The position numbers and the translations under genes are program-made. From NCBI GenBank assembly GCA_031359515.1, contig JANMAD010000486.1:1-46889 (forward strand): a stretch of 46,889 nt of DNA, in the 5' to 3' direction. This DNA comes from Acidobacteriota bacterium (GTDB lineage Bacteria; Acidobacteriota; Blastocatellia; Pyrinomonadales; Pyrinomonadaceae). The notes beneath the pieces are model-generated. The model saw only the letters and a list, made by a program, of their open reading frames with translations, was not told the DNA's origin and did not search any database. Positions 16,589 to 26,648 of this stretch are shown piece after piece. The first letter of the stretch is position 1; the number at the start of each line of letters is the position of its first letter.

Positions 16589-18547
16589 TCAGTCGGGTAA
16601 ACCAACCGCGAGCGGCGCGGCATTGACCGGCAACGCTTGCGCGTGTGTGTCGCTGTCAACAAAGGCGCGCTGCCAGAGTTCGAGCATGAACAAGGCCCAG
16701 AGCGCGGTGGCGTGATCGCGCCGCCCGCGCTCGTGCTCGGCTAAGAGTTGCCGCACGTAGCGCGGCTCGACGTAGCCGCGTCCTTCGGCGCGCGTGTCCG
16801 TCAACGTGTCGTGCATCTGTGCGCGCAGTTGCTCGTTGATCCATTGTTGCAGCGGCATGCCGAAGCCTTGCTTCTCGCGGTGCAGGATTTCGGCGGGCAC
16901 GAGATCGGCGACGGCGCGCTTCAAGATGTGCTTCGTCTCGCCGTTGCGCAGTTTGAGCGCGGCGGGGATTTGCACGACGTACTCGATCAGCTTGTGATCG
17001 AGCAACGGCGCGCGGGCTTCAAGCGAGACGGCCATCGTCATGCGATCAACTTTGGTCAGGATGTCGCCGGGCAAGTAAGTCTTGCTGTCGAGATAGAGCA
17101 AGGTGTCGAGTGGCGCGCCGGTCTTGACGCGCTTTGCGTAGTTGTGAAAGCGCGTGACGGCGAGACCCGGCTCGCGCAGTTGCGCACGAAAGTCGGGCGC
17201 GTAGAGCGCGGCGCGATTGAGCGCGGTGAAGACCGAGACGCTGTCGAGATAACGATCAACGGGATCGAGCGCGACGTTGTTGAGATAGTTGCGCCCCCAC
17301 GCGCCGTGCGGCAGACGCTGACTCAAGGGCTGCATCACGCCCTGCCGCACGGCGCGCGGCAGACGCGCAAAGGCTTGCCGGTTTTGATCCGTGACGTAGC
17401 GCGTGTAGCCAGCGAAGAGTTCATCCCCACCGTCGCCGGAGAGCGCGACGGTGACGTGCGCGCGGGCGAGTTTGGCCACCATGTAGGTCGGGATGGCGGA
17501 CGGATCGGCGAACGGCTCGTCGAAGTGCCAGACGAGATCGCCGACGACCTGACAGATGTCCGGCGTGACGACGAACTCGTGATGCTCCGTGCCGAAATGT
17601 TTGGCCGCGACGCGCGCGTATTTCAGTTCGTCAAAGCTGTCTTCGTTGAAGCCGATGGAGAAAGTCTTGACGGGGCCGCTCGCATGCCGCGCCATCAAGC
17701 CGACGATGGTGGAAGAATCAACGCCGCCGGAGAGGAACGCGCCGAGCGGCACTTCCGCGACGAGCCGGATGCGGACTGCTTCATCGAGCAGAGCGCGCAG
17801 TTGCGTCACACATTCCTGCTCGTCGCGCGGCGGCGCATCGGCAGTGGCAAGCGGCTCGTAACGAAAGTCCCAGTATTGCGTCATGGCCACGCGCCCCTCG
17901 GCGGTGAAGTGCAGGATGTGCCCGGGCGGAAGTTTCTGTATGCCGCGAAAAATGCAGAACGGATCGGGCACGTAGCCGAAGGTGAGATAGGCGTCAATCG
18001 CCTCCGGGCTAATCGCGCGCTCAATCTCCGGATGCTGCAAGAGCGACTTCAACTCGGAGCCGAAGACAAGCGAACCGCCGCGCGTGAGCGCATAGTAAAG
18101 CGGCTTCTTGCCGACGCGGTCGCGCGCAAGCAATAGTTCGCGCTTCCGTTGATCCCAGATGGCGAAGGCGAACATGCCGCGCAAATGCTCCACACATGCG
18201 CTGCCATACTCTTCGTAGGCGTGGACGATAGTTTCCGTGTCCGAATGTGTGTGAAAGCGGTGGCCGCGCGCTTCGAGTTCGTGTTTCAACTCCTGGAAGT
18301 TATAAATCTCGCCGTTGAAGACAATGGAGATCTCACTGTCGCAGCCCGACAGCGGTTGCTGGCCACCGGCGACATCAATGATGGCGAGGCGGCGCATGCC
18401 GAGCGCCGCGCCCTCCGCCGTCAGCATCGTGCCCTGATCGTCCGGCCCGCGATGTGCGATCACATGGCACATGCGCTCAAGCACGGCGGCGCGCTCCGCG
18501 CGCGGCGGCGCATCGTGTCGGCTGACGAATCCGGCAATGCCGCACAC
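16589..18547 (-). CDS. AsnB-family glutamine-dependent amidotransferase, paralog 3
   Basis: 652 aa, GTG start directly followed by TGC (Cys2). RGPDD, GEIYN, and PP-loop LSGGVDSSTIVGLM. Only 9 nt from paralog 2. Confidence 0.85.
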   Translation of the reverse strand: MCGIAGFVSRHDAPPRAERAAVLERMCHVIAHRGPDDQGTMLTAEGAALGMRRLAIIDVAGGQQPLSGCDSEISIVFNGEIYNFQELKHELEARGHRFHTHSDTETIVHAYEEYGSACVEHLRGMFAFAIWDQRKRELLLARDRVGKKPLYYALTRGGSLVFGSELKSLLQHPEIERAISPEAIDAYLTFGYVPDPFCIFRGIQKLPPGHILHFTAEGRVAMTQYWDFRYEPLATADAPPRDEQECVTQLRALLDEAVRIRLVAEVPLGAFLSGGVDSSTIVGLMARHASGPVKTFSIGFNEDSFDELKYARVAAKHFGTEHHEFVVTPDICQVVGDLVWHFDEPFADPSAIPTYMVAKLARAHVTVALSGDGGDELFAGYTRYVTDQNRQAFARLPRAVRQGVMQPLSQRLPHGAWGRNYLNNVALDPVDRYLDSVSVFTALNRAALYAPDFRAQLREPGLAVTRFHNYAKRVKTGAPLDTLLYLDSKTYLPGDILTKVDRMTMAVSLEARAPLLDHKLIEYVVQIPAALKLRNGETKHILKRAVADLVPAEILHREKQGFGMPLQQWINEQLRAQMHDTLTDTRAEGRGYVEPRYVRQLLAEHERGRRDHATALWALFMLELWQRAFVDSDTHAQALPVNAAPLAVGLPD

Positions 18548-18551
18548 CTCT

Positions 18552-20069
18552 TTAATTTACCTCTGACGGGCGGCGCGGAAAGCGCGCGAATTGTCGCCGC
18601 ATCATCCCGCGCTCTTCGGGCGTCCAGAGACCCAGCGCGAAGACGGCGATGGCATAGACGAGACCATAAGCGACGCCGCACACGACGAGCACCGCGAACG
18701 GGCCGCGGTCGAGTACGGCGTGCCTGACGGCGAACGCCACCAAGCCGGCGGCGAGCGCCGCGATGGCTATTTTCCCGACATCCTTCAACAACACCGCGTC
18801 GTGCCGCGTCACGCCCAGTGCCTTCATCATGCGGCGCGTTGACAGACCACGCTCCACGATGTTCGCTCCTACAACCAAAGCGATGACGCCGACGAGGCCC
18901 AGCCGCGCCGTGCCGAACCATAACGCGATGAAGATCAGCACAAAGGTGGTCATCTTCACCCGTAGCAGGAAGAAACGGTGCTCAGGATAGGCGCGGATCA
19001 CGGGGTCGAAGACGACGGCGTAGACGGGGATCAGCGTCAGGTTGACGGCAAGGATGGGCCAGCTCGCGAGGTACGCGGGCGTGAACAGGAAAGACAAGAA
19101 CTCGCGCCCGACGATCATCATCAAGACGTAAATCGGGAAGAAGATCGCCGCAAGCTTCCGGATCACGCGCGCCGTCAAGAGAATGATCTCGCGCCGCTCG
19201 CCCTGCTTTTGCAGCAGACTCACGCGCGGGATCATGACCGAGCCGACCGACTCGCCGAGGATGGCGATGAGCGGCAATTCAAAACATCCGATGGAGTAGA
19301 AGGCGAAAGTCGCCGGCCCGAAATGGTTCGAGACGAAATAGTTGTGCATGTCGTTCTGCAACGCGAACAGCACGCCGGAGAAACCGAGCGGCAGCGAGTA
19401 GGCGAGTTGCGTGCGCATCTGCCCCCAGTTGAAGCCGCGCCAGAAGCGCGGGAAGCGCGAGCGCAGATAGGCGAGCAGAATAATCGTTTGCAGTATGCCC
19501 TGAATCAACGCCGCGAAGATGAGCGCGCGAACCGTGCCGAAGATGACGGCCGCGCCGACGAGCAACAACGTCTTCGTCAATTGCGCCGCGATGATGAAGA
19601 GCGTCGCCAGCACCGTCTCTTGATGCGCGACCGCGACTGTCTCCAAAAAGAGCGAGGTCATCCAGAACAAGATAACCAAGCCGATCAGGGGGGCGAAGGG
19701 CGCGATCTCAGGACTGTTGAAGAGGCGCACGAGCAGCGTCGGGCTGAGCGACAGCGCGAGACAGGCTGCGCCGCCGAGCGTAGCGTTGAAAATGAGGATG
19801 TTGAAGACGATCTGCCCCTGCCGCTCGCGTTCGCGCTCGCGGGGCAGAAAGTAGTAGGCGCTCATCGCGAAGCCGAGCGGCAGCACCGAGAGTGACGTGC
19901 CGACAACGAGGAAGACCTGCTTGTAGAAGCCGAACTCGAACTGACTGAGCCGGCGCACCAGCAGCAGCGGCAGCACGAAGCCGAAGGCAAACGCCAGCGT
20001 CTTCGCCGTCACCAACCAGAACGCGCGAATCGAGAGTGAGCTGACTTTCTTTTCTATCACTTCACTCAT
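18552..20069 (-). CDS. Wzx-like MOP-family polysaccharide flippase
   Basis: The ATG at 20069 (MSEVIEKK...) lies 1 nt after the upstream stop. About 505 aa and highly hydrophobic with many predicted helices. N-terminus FWLVTAKTLAFAFGFVLPLLLVRRLSQFEFGFYKQVF is typical of polysaccharide biosynthesis (Wzx) proteins. Confidence 0.7.
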   Translation of the reverse strand: MSEVIEKKVSSLSIRAFWLVTAKTLAFAFGFVLPLLLVRRLSQFEFGFYKQVFLVVGTSLSVLPLGFAMSAYYFLPRERERERQGQIVFNILIFNATLGGAACLALSLSPTLLVRLFNSPEIAPFAPLIGLVILFWMTSLFLETVAVAHQETVLATLFIIAAQLTKTLLLVGAAVIFGTVRALIFAALIQGILQTIILLAYLRSRFPRFWRGFNWGQMRTQLAYSLPLGFSGVLFALQNDMHNYFVSNHFGPATFAFYSIGCFELPLIAILGESVGSVMIPRVSLLQKQGERREIILLTARVIRKLAAIFFPIYVLMMIVGREFLSFLFTPAYLASWPILAVNLTLIPVYAVVFDPVIRAYPEHRFFLLRVKMTTFVLIFIALWFGTARLGLVGVIALVVGANIVERGLSTRRMMKALGVTRHDAVLLKDVGKIAIAALAAGLVAFAVRHAVLDRGPFAVLVVCGVAYGLVYAIAVFALGLWTPEERGMMRRQFARFPRRPSEVN

Positions 20070-20070
20070 A

Positions 20071-21015
20071 TCAAACTTCTTTTGGCTCACCGAGACGCGC
20101 CACACGACGTACCTTCCGTCCCATCTGTGCGGCAAACACATGCGGGTGGCGGCGCAGGAGCGTGCATGCGCTGAGCGCTGAGCGCCCCCAGCGACGGGCG
20201 TGCGCATGCGCCCGCATCTGTGCGACGAGTTGTTCGCTGGCGAAGACCTGCTCGTAATATTTTATCCCGCGCAGGCACGCCGCTTCGTAACGCTCGTCTC
20301 CCTGCACCTGAGCCAACTGCGCACGTAGCACGGCAGAGATGTACTGCCACATCTTCTCCAGCTTGAGCGAGTAGTTCGCCCCGTGCTGGCGATACTCGAC
20401 CACCGCCTCCTCATAGCAGAGGATGGGGAACGCATGCGCGACGCGCAAATAGAGATCGTAGTCGCCCGAATGGTTGAACTTGGTGTCGAAGCCCTTGACC
20501 GTCTCGAACACCGCGCGGCGGAACATGACGGATGCAGGACAACCGATAAAATTGGCGCACAGCAACTCGTAGTAGTGATCGCGCTCGACGCGGCGGCGCT
20601 CCTCAAGCGTCGGCCTACGCTTGCCCTCGCCGTCAATGTAAACGTGGCGACCCGTGACAAACCCGCATTCGGGGTGCGCCTTCAGAAGCGTCACGCCCCG
20701 CTCGAAGGCGTGCGGCAGGAAGCGGTCGTCGGCGTCAATGAAGACCTGAAATTCGCCTTGGCTATGACTGAGACCCGTGTTGCGCGCTGCTGACACGTCC
20801 TGGTTCTTCTGCCAGACGTAATTGACCTGCGGGTAGCGCGCGACGACCTCCCGCGGATTGTCTTGCGACTCATCATCCACGACCGTGATCTCGTAATGCG
20901 GATAGGTCTGCGCCAGCACGCTCTCGATGGCTTCCGCCAGAAAGCGTGCCTGGTTGTAGCAGGTGATAACCACCGAGACGAGACCGGGCTTTGTCATTTC
21001 AGCACTCGCGTCCAT
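20071..21015 (-). CDS. GT2-family (GT-A) glycosyltransferase
   Basis: VSVVITCYNQARFLAEAIESVLAQTYPHYEITVVDDESQDN, and a DxD-like IDADD. Confidence 0.8.
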   Translation of the reverse strand: MDASAEMTKPGLVSVVITCYNQARFLAEAIESVLAQTYPHYEITVVDDESQDNPREVVARYPQVNYVWQKNQDVSAARNTGLSHSQGEFQVFIDADDRFLPHAFERGVTLLKAHPECGFVTGRHVYIDGEGKRRPTLEERRRVERDHYYELLCANFIGCPASVMFRRAVFETVKGFDTKFNHSGDYDLYLRVAHAFPILCYEEAVVEYRQHGANYSLKLEKMWQYISAVLRAQLAQVQGDERYEAACLRGIKYYEQVFASEQLVAQMRAHAHARRWGRSALSACTLLRRHPHVFAAQMGRKVRRVARLGEPKEV

Positions 21016-21021
21016 TCCAAC

Positions 21022-21774
21022 TCACAAAACTTCTTGCGCCTGTTTTTGCGGCGCGTCCGGCGCGCCCGCGTATTGCGCGATGCAGGCGTATTGTAAATAG
21101 CGCATCTCATTCAGCGCATTAAGTAATAGACGGTTGATGAGGCCAAACTTCCACGGGAGCTTTGCGCCGTTGATGCCCTCCAAGCGCTGCACCGTATAAC
21201 CCACCCCCTCGAACATCTCACGGATAGATGTTTTGGTAAAGAAACGCAAGTGAGTCTGATCCAGGATACCCGCGCTTTGATAGCGCCATTCGCCCCTAAA
21301 ATAAACGTCATTCATTACCTGATGGTGGCGGACGTTAGGGATCGAGGCGATCACGTGCCCGCCCGGTCGAAGGTGCGGCTGGATATCGCGCAGGTGCTGC
21401 CACGGGTCGCGCAGGTGCTCAAGGATGTCGTTGTAAATAACGCAATCGAAGTAGCCAACTGGCAGAGGCAGACTGCCGGTTTCCACATTCGCCACGAGTA
21501 CCTTATCTAACCGCTGCGCGGCGACCTCTGCGGCCGGCGGAAAAATTTCGATCCCCCACACCTCGCAATTTCTTTGCGCCTTGAGGGCGCTGCCGAATTT
21601 ACCGCTGGCGCACCCCACCTCAAGCACACGCTCAACGCCAACGGGCACGAAATCGAACATGACCTGACGGTCCTGCTCGTAATAACCATTTAAGTCGGGC
21701 GCGCTGGTAGCCGTCATTTCCGCACTGGCATCCTTCCAATCCATACTTAAACTTTCCGCGCTTGTCTTTTCCAT
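21022..21774 (-). CDS. Class I SAM-dependent methyltransferase (2 of 5)
   Basis: 250 aa. Motif I VLEVGCASGKFGSAL; FDCVIYNDILEHL. Confidence 0.75.
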   Translation of the reverse strand: MEKTSAESLSMDWKDASAEMTATSAPDLNGYYEQDRQVMFDFVPVGVERVLEVGCASGKFGSALKAQRNCEVWGIEIFPPAAEVAAQRLDKVLVANVETGSLPLPVGYFDCVIYNDILEHLRDPWQHLRDIQPHLRPGGHVIASIPNVRHHQVMNDVYFRGEWRYQSAGILDQTHLRFFTKTSIREMFEGVGYTVQRLEGINGAKLPWKFGLINRLLLNALNEMRYLQYACIAQYAGAPDAPQKQAQEVL

Positions 21775-21792
21775 AGTTTGTCCTCGCGTGCC

Positions 21793-22833
21793 TCAATATT
21801 TGGTGCTGGTTCTTAAAATGAAGCGGTCACGTAGGTTGTAAGCGCTCATCAGCAGTCGCGGCGCATGCCGCATCAACTGGAGCGTCAAGGTCAGCTTACG
21901 GTTATTATAATAGGTGTTAGCTGCATTGAGCTTTTCAATCGCGCTTGATGCGTCGCCGCGAAAGAATGCGCGCTTCCCTTCGTGCAAGCTGAGCATCGCG
22001 CGTACATGCGTGCATTGCTGCTGTACCGTCTCGCGCTCCGCAGGCGTGAGCGCCATCGTCTGCGCCACTTTGTTGAGCACCTGCAAATAGTGGGTACACA
22101 TCCAGACGGGGTCGGACGAGAGGCTACCAGCGCGGCGGCGATAACGCGCCAGCGGCTGCCGGTGGTAAGAGATGCGCCCGCCCGCCTTAAGAATACGCAG
22201 CCAGAGATCAAAGTCCTCAGAGCTGCGCAAAGTCTCGTCAAAGAGTCCGGCGCGGAGAACCGTCTCACGACGCACTGTGGCACAGACCAGCACATTACAT
22301 TCCTGTGTGATGACCCGCTCGAACGTGATCTCTCCATCTGTAGGACAAACATCCATCAGTGTGCGGCCCGCGTCCGGCGCGTCGCCGAAGATGAGCGCGT
22401 TCGAGTAGAGCACATCAAGCGTCGGCTCGTTGCGCATTGCCGCCACCTGCACGGCGAGGTAGTTCGGTTCCCACAGGTCGTCGGGGTCCAAGAGCGCGAC
22501 GAACTCGCCGCGCGCGGCGCGGATGGCGGTGTTGCGCGCTCCGCTTAAACCGCGATTCTCCTGCTTGATGTAAACAATGCGCTGACGATAAGGCGCGAGG
22601 ACGCGTTCCAACTCATCTGTATCCGGCGAGCCGTCGTTGACGACTATGATTTCATAATCGGCAAACGTCTGCGCGAGCACGGAATCAATAGCAGCGCCGA
22701 TGTACTCCGCGACCTGATAGGCTGGCATGATCACGCTGACGGTGGGCGCAGGTGCGCTGCCGTGCGGAGTTCGCCGGGCCATCGTCTCATTTGCCTGCAC
22801 GTCTGCTCTTTCGTTCATCGCTGCACTGGTCAT
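21793..22833 (-). CDS. GT2-family glycosyltransferase
   Basis: VSVIMPAYQVAEYIGAAIDSVLAQTFADYEIIVVNDGSPD and LDPDD. ATGA start/stop overlap with the upstream gene. Confidence 0.8.
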   Translation of the reverse strand: MTSAAMNERADVQANETMARRTPHGSAPAPTVSVIMPAYQVAEYIGAAIDSVLAQTFADYEIIVVNDGSPDTDELERVLAPYRQRIVYIKQENRGLSGARNTAIRAARGEFVALLDPDDLWEPNYLAVQVAAMRNEPTLDVLYSNALIFGDAPDAGRTLMDVCPTDGEITFERVITQECNVLVCATVRRETVLRAGLFDETLRSSEDFDLWLRILKAGGRISYHRQPLARYRRRAGSLSSDPVWMCTHYLQVLNKVAQTMALTPAERETVQQQCTHVRAMLSLHEGKRAFFRGDASSAIEKLNAANTYYNNRKLTLTLQLMRHAPRLLMSAYNLRDRFILRTSTKY

Positions 22834-23765
22834 TCCTCGAAAGCTCCTAACACGGTCAGGCTGCGCACGGCCAACTCTTCGGGCGGGATGTGCTGAAACT
22901 GCGCGGCCAGCGGGAAGCCGTTGCGCAGTTCGAGCAACGACGGCTCGTCAAGCGTCTGCGCTTGCCTGAGTATCTGGACACCGCACCGCGCGAACAGTGC
23001 GCGCAACTCAAACGCGCGGAGACGGTTGTGGTACATAAACTTGTTGCCGGCAAGGCGCTGCCATTGGCGTTCGTCGAACTTGAGGAAGTTGGCCGCGGTG
23101 ATCGATTGATCATCGTGTGCGAAATGATCAGACGGATCGATGATGTGGAGCAATAGTCCGCCGGCTACCAGCAACCGCCGCGCTTCGGCCAGAATCAGGG
23201 CAAGCGAGTCAGCCGGGATGTGCTCGAAGACCGCGTGCGACAGATGGAAGTCGAAGCTGTGCGCGGCGAAGGGTAGCTGCGCGGCATCATGGCGACCGAG
23301 ATACTCGACGTTCATCAATTGCAAGAGACCCGCCATATCGCCCGTGTGCGCGACGAGTTGCGCATAGCGTGTCTGGAAGTCCGGCGTCTCGCCGCGCGGC
23401 CCGAATAGTTGACGAATCTCGTCCTTGTGCTGGCAGACGTACTGCACGGACTCGGCGACGAGCTCGGGTTCAAGATAAGGATTGAGATCGACGGTCACAA
23501 CCTGCCCCGCGCCGCAGAGCCAGAGCGCAGTCGGGATGTTGATCATGCGCCCGGTGCCGACTTCGAGGAAGCGCTTGCCCGCGATGCGCGCTCCTGCTGC
23601 TTCAAGCCACTCCACCATGCTCAGCGCCGCTTTGAAGTCGCCACGCGGATCAATCGAGCCGCGCCGCAAATTGCCGAAGTTGCGCTGGAGCGTGTAGTAA
23701 ATGGCGTTCGACCGCGGCAGCGCGGCCACCACATTCTGAATCATCGCTTTGCGTTGCCAGTTCAT
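22830..23765 (-). CDS. Probable class I SAM-dependent methyltransferase (3 of 5)
   Basis: The ATG at 23765 (MNWQRKAMIQN...) lies 8 nt after the upstream stop. FLEVGTGRMINIP motif-I-like and FDFHLSHAVFEHIP. The longer ORF to 24092 overlaps the GT2 gene. Confidence 0.6.
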   Translation of the reverse strand: MNWQRKAMIQNVVAALPRSNAIYYTLQRNFGNLRRGSIDPRGDFKAALSMVEWLEAAGARIAGKRFLEVGTGRMINIPTALWLCGAGQVVTVDLNPYLEPELVAESVQYVCQHKDEIRQLFGPRGETPDFQTRYAQLVAHTGDMAGLLQLMNVEYLGRHDAAQLPFAAHSFDFHLSHAVFEHIPADSLALILAEARRLLVAGGLLLHIIDPSDHFAHDDQSITAANFLKFDERQWQRLAGNKFMYHNRLRAFELRALFARCGVQILRQAQTLDEPSLLELRNGFPLAAQFQHIPPEELAVRSLTVLGAFEE

Positions 23766-23773
23766 CGCCGCGC

Positions 23774-24859
23774 TCACCTCGCCCCGCTCCGGCGCGCACG
23801 TCGCGGCGCAAGTCCTACAATGAACCCCGTGCCCCAGCATAAGTGGATGGCGGTAAAGCTCAAGAAAATGGGGCCGAGCAGATTGAAAGCGCCGCCGCGC
23901 CGGGCGAGTTGTGCGGCACAGAAGAGTGCGAGCGCCGAGTAGGCAACGATGATGGCCAACAACAGCCAGACGAACGGAGACCACGCCAGACTGAACGCGC
24001 CGGACGCGACGAGCGCAGCGACGAAGCCCGGCGCGACGAGGTGACGCAGTTTGATTGAGCGCGGATGCAGTTTCACCATCTGCGCCTTCCAATAGCCGTA
24101 GCGAAAATACTGGCGGCTCAATTCCTTGAGCGTCGGGCGCGCGAAATACTGACAGTGCGCGGCCGTATCGAGCAGCACTTGCCCGCCGCGCGTCCGCACC
24201 CGGTAGTTAAAATCATAGTCTTCATTCGCGAACAACTTCTCATTAAAGCCGCCAAGTTCCTGCCAGAGAATCTTGTGGAACGCGCCGAATGGCACAGTGT
24301 CAACGAATTGCGGTTCGGCGAGTGCGGGCGCGCGGTATTTAGCATCGCCGATGCCGAACGGATGCGCCACCGCCAGCGCGATAGCACGCGCCATGAGCGT
24401 CTCAGCCCCTGCGCTAATGCGCCACGGCATTCCCACGACGGCTGCGTCTGCCTCGCTTAGCAGTTCGACACAGCGGCGTACGTAATTCGGCGATGGGATT
24501 GAGTGTGCGTCCATACGCACGATAATCTCGCCGCGCGCATGTGCAATACCGAGATTGAGACCTATCGGAATATGGCGGGCAGAATTCTCAACGATGCCGA
24601 CACGCACGGCGGGGTGGGCGGCAACGAACCGCGCAATCGCCGCGCGTGTCCGGTCAGTCGAGTTGCCGTCAACGACGATGATTTCATACGCGGTCTCGTC
24701 ATACTGCGCGGCAAGATTGGTCAGCACTTGCTCGATAAATCGTTCTTCATTAAAGCAGGGAATGATCACAGAAACGGTCGGGGTTGCGGCCGCGACCGTT
24801 GCCACATGTGCATGCGCAGTCGGCGCTACGCGCACTGTCATCGCCACCTCGTTACTCAT
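23774..24859 (-). CDS. GT2-family glycosyltransferase with C-terminal transmembrane helices
   Basis: VSVIIPCFNEERFIEQVLTNLAAQYDETAYEIIVVDGNSTDRT and RMDAHS. Hydrophobic C-terminus LVAPGFVAALVASGAFSLAW...LLLAIIVAYSALALFCAA. Confidence 0.8.
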   Translation of the reverse strand: MSNEVAMTVRVAPTAHAHVATVAAATPTVSVIIPCFNEERFIEQVLTNLAAQYDETAYEIIVVDGNSTDRTRAAIARFVAAHPAVRVGIVENSARHIPIGLNLGIAHARGEIIVRMDAHSIPSPNYVRRCVELLSEADAAVVGMPWRISAGAETLMARAIALAVAHPFGIGDAKYRAPALAEPQFVDTVPFGAFHKILWQELGGFNEKLFANEDYDFNYRVRTRGGQVLLDTAAHCQYFARPTLKELSRQYFRYGYWKAQMVKLHPRSIKLRHLVAPGFVAALVASGAFSLAWSPFVWLLLAIIVAYSALALFCAAQLARRGGAFNLLGPIFLSFTAIHLCWGTGFIVGLAPRRARRSGAR

Positions 24860-26396
24860 ACGCGGATACCCTTTCTGCTTGTGGCTCCGGCAGCGTGAAA
24901 GAGTTGCTGTGGGCTGCGTCAGTTGGGTCGGCGAAAGGTGTTGTCTGGCTCGTGGTGTTAGTTTGTTTGGCGCGCTGCAAGGCGTAGAGCCGACGGAGGA
25001 CGATGGCGTAGCCGACTAGATAGTAGATGTACCACTGATAGGCGACGGACGCAAAGAAGCTGCTGATCATGTAGCCGACGAGGCTCGCCTGTAAGCCCAC
25101 GGCGAGATAGTAGATGCGTGTCTGCCGGCGCGTTTGATAGTTTTCGCGCTCGATCTCGCGCAGTCGTTTGAAAGGCGAGAGCATGAACAACACATAAATC
25201 ACTAACGCGAAGATACCCATCTCCGCGGAGACTTGCGTGTAGGCGTTGTGGCTCACCAGTTCGTGAATGGAGACAAAGTGGAAGTTGCCCATCCCGACGC
25301 CCAGTAAGGGATGCCGGAGCGTGATTAGAATCGATCTGATCAGCAACGCCTGCCGCGAGTCGGCCGAGGCAGCGCCCACCAGATCACTACCGCGCCCGAC
25401 AATTGACCCAAGCCGGTTCGTGTACTCGCCCGGCGCAAGGAGCATGAAGCCGAGCGTGGCGGCGAAGATTAGCACCACCATGAGCAACCGGTTGCGGCGG
25501 CCGATTTTCCACGCCAGCACAGCCGCCACCCCCATCAAGCCTAAAAAGCCGCCCCGCGAAAAGGTGACAACGTTACCCGCCATCGTTAATAAGACGCAGC
25601 CCGCGTAGACGATTTTCATCAGCGCGTTGCGCGTGCTAAACATCAGCGCGACCGCAATCGGCGTAGCCGTCACGAGGTAAAGTGCCATGTCGTTCGGGTT
25701 GCCGAACATGCCGCCGACAATGCCGCCAATGCGCCCGCCCTCTTGCGCAAAGCGGCCGGCGCTATAATCGCTCACGGCGCTAATGCTCAGCAGGCAACTG
25801 ATCGCCAGCGACAGTAAGAGCAGTCCTTTCAACCGCGCTTCAGTCCGCACCACATTCAGCATGACGATGAACATCAGCACGGCCTTAACGAACTCTTTAT
25901 TAAACGTCTCCCACGCTTCCGCCGGCTGGATGGCGAGGGGCATCGACAGCAGGGCGGCGAGCGCCAGCAGCAGGACTAAATTAAGCTCACGCGGGCGCGC
26001 AGTCAGGCTACCTTCAAGCGCGAGTTGCGAAGGCACGAAGACGGCAATAGTGGCAATAGCGATCCAGTATGCGAGCGAGGTGAAAGACGCAAGCGCGGGG
26101 ATTAGCTCATAGGGCCGGAAGTAAAGGACGACGGTAAAGAGGAAGAGGCCGAGATAGCTGAAGAGGTGGCCGTGTTTGGCGCTCCAGCGTTCGGATGTTT
26201 CGGGGGCCAGAGGGGCGGCGGCGGGCGCGACTGCTATATCTAAAATTTCCGGCTCATCTACTCTGTCGTTAGCGCGCGGCTCGTGCGCGTCAGGCACGGG
26301 CCGAACGCTCTCGGCCGCCGTCTTGCTTCCCCCCGGGTTGCGCCAACGTGCCGGCGTAACAGGCTCGTAATCCTCTGTATAGCGAGTATTTGGCAT
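24852..26396 (-). CDS. Wzy_C / O-antigen-ligase-family membrane protein (polymerase or ligase), copy 1
   Basis: 514 aa, multi-pass. FSRGGFLGLMGVAAVLAW, HPLLGVGMGNF and SHNAYTQVSAEMGIFAL are typical of Wzy_C. First gene after a 316-nt gap. Confidence 0.7.
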   Translation of the reverse strand: MPNTRYTEDYEPVTPARWRNPGGSKTAAESVRPVPDAHEPRANDRVDEPEILDIAVAPAAAPLAPETSERWSAKHGHLFSYLGLFLFTVVLYFRPYELIPALASFTSLAYWIAIATIAVFVPSQLALEGSLTARPRELNLVLLLALAALLSMPLAIQPAEAWETFNKEFVKAVLMFIVMLNVVRTEARLKGLLLLSLAISCLLSISAVSDYSAGRFAQEGGRIGGIVGGMFGNPNDMALYLVTATPIAVALMFSTRNALMKIVYAGCVLLTMAGNVVTFSRGGFLGLMGVAAVLAWKIGRRNRLLMVVLIFAATLGFMLLAPGEYTNRLGSIVGRGSDLVGAASADSRQALLIRSILITLRHPLLGVGMGNFHFVSIHELVSHNAYTQVSAEMGIFALVIYVLFMLSPFKRLREIERENYQTRRQTRIYYLAVGLQASLVGYMISSFFASVAYQWYIYYLVGYAIVLRRLYALQRAKQTNTTSQTTPFADPTDAAHSNSFTLPEPQAERVSAYE

Positions 26397-26524
26397 CTAT
26401 GGCACTCACTGCTACGGGAGCCACTTTTCCATCTGCCCGTCTGCATGGGGCAAGATAGATGCCGAGCGGCACAAGACGGACTAACGTGTTGCGCGCCCTT
26501 ACGTAGTTATCTCAGCCCCCTTTA

Positions 26525-26536
26525 GAAGTTAACTTC
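26525..26536. promoter_or_regulatory. Perfect 12-bp palindrome GAAGTTAACTTC in the operon leader (candidate operator)
   Basis: Read directly. Lies about 130 nt upstream of the 26396 start codon, in the only sizeable gap ahead of the 24852-26396 gene. Confidence 0.25.
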
Positions 26537-26648
26537 CCTGGCCGATAACTCTCAACCCTGCGGCGGCGCTTGAAATGCTTACTGCCGGGGCAATCCAGCG
26601 TAAGCGTTCTTGATCCTAGGCTACCTAAGCACAGCAGACTCCCTTGAT

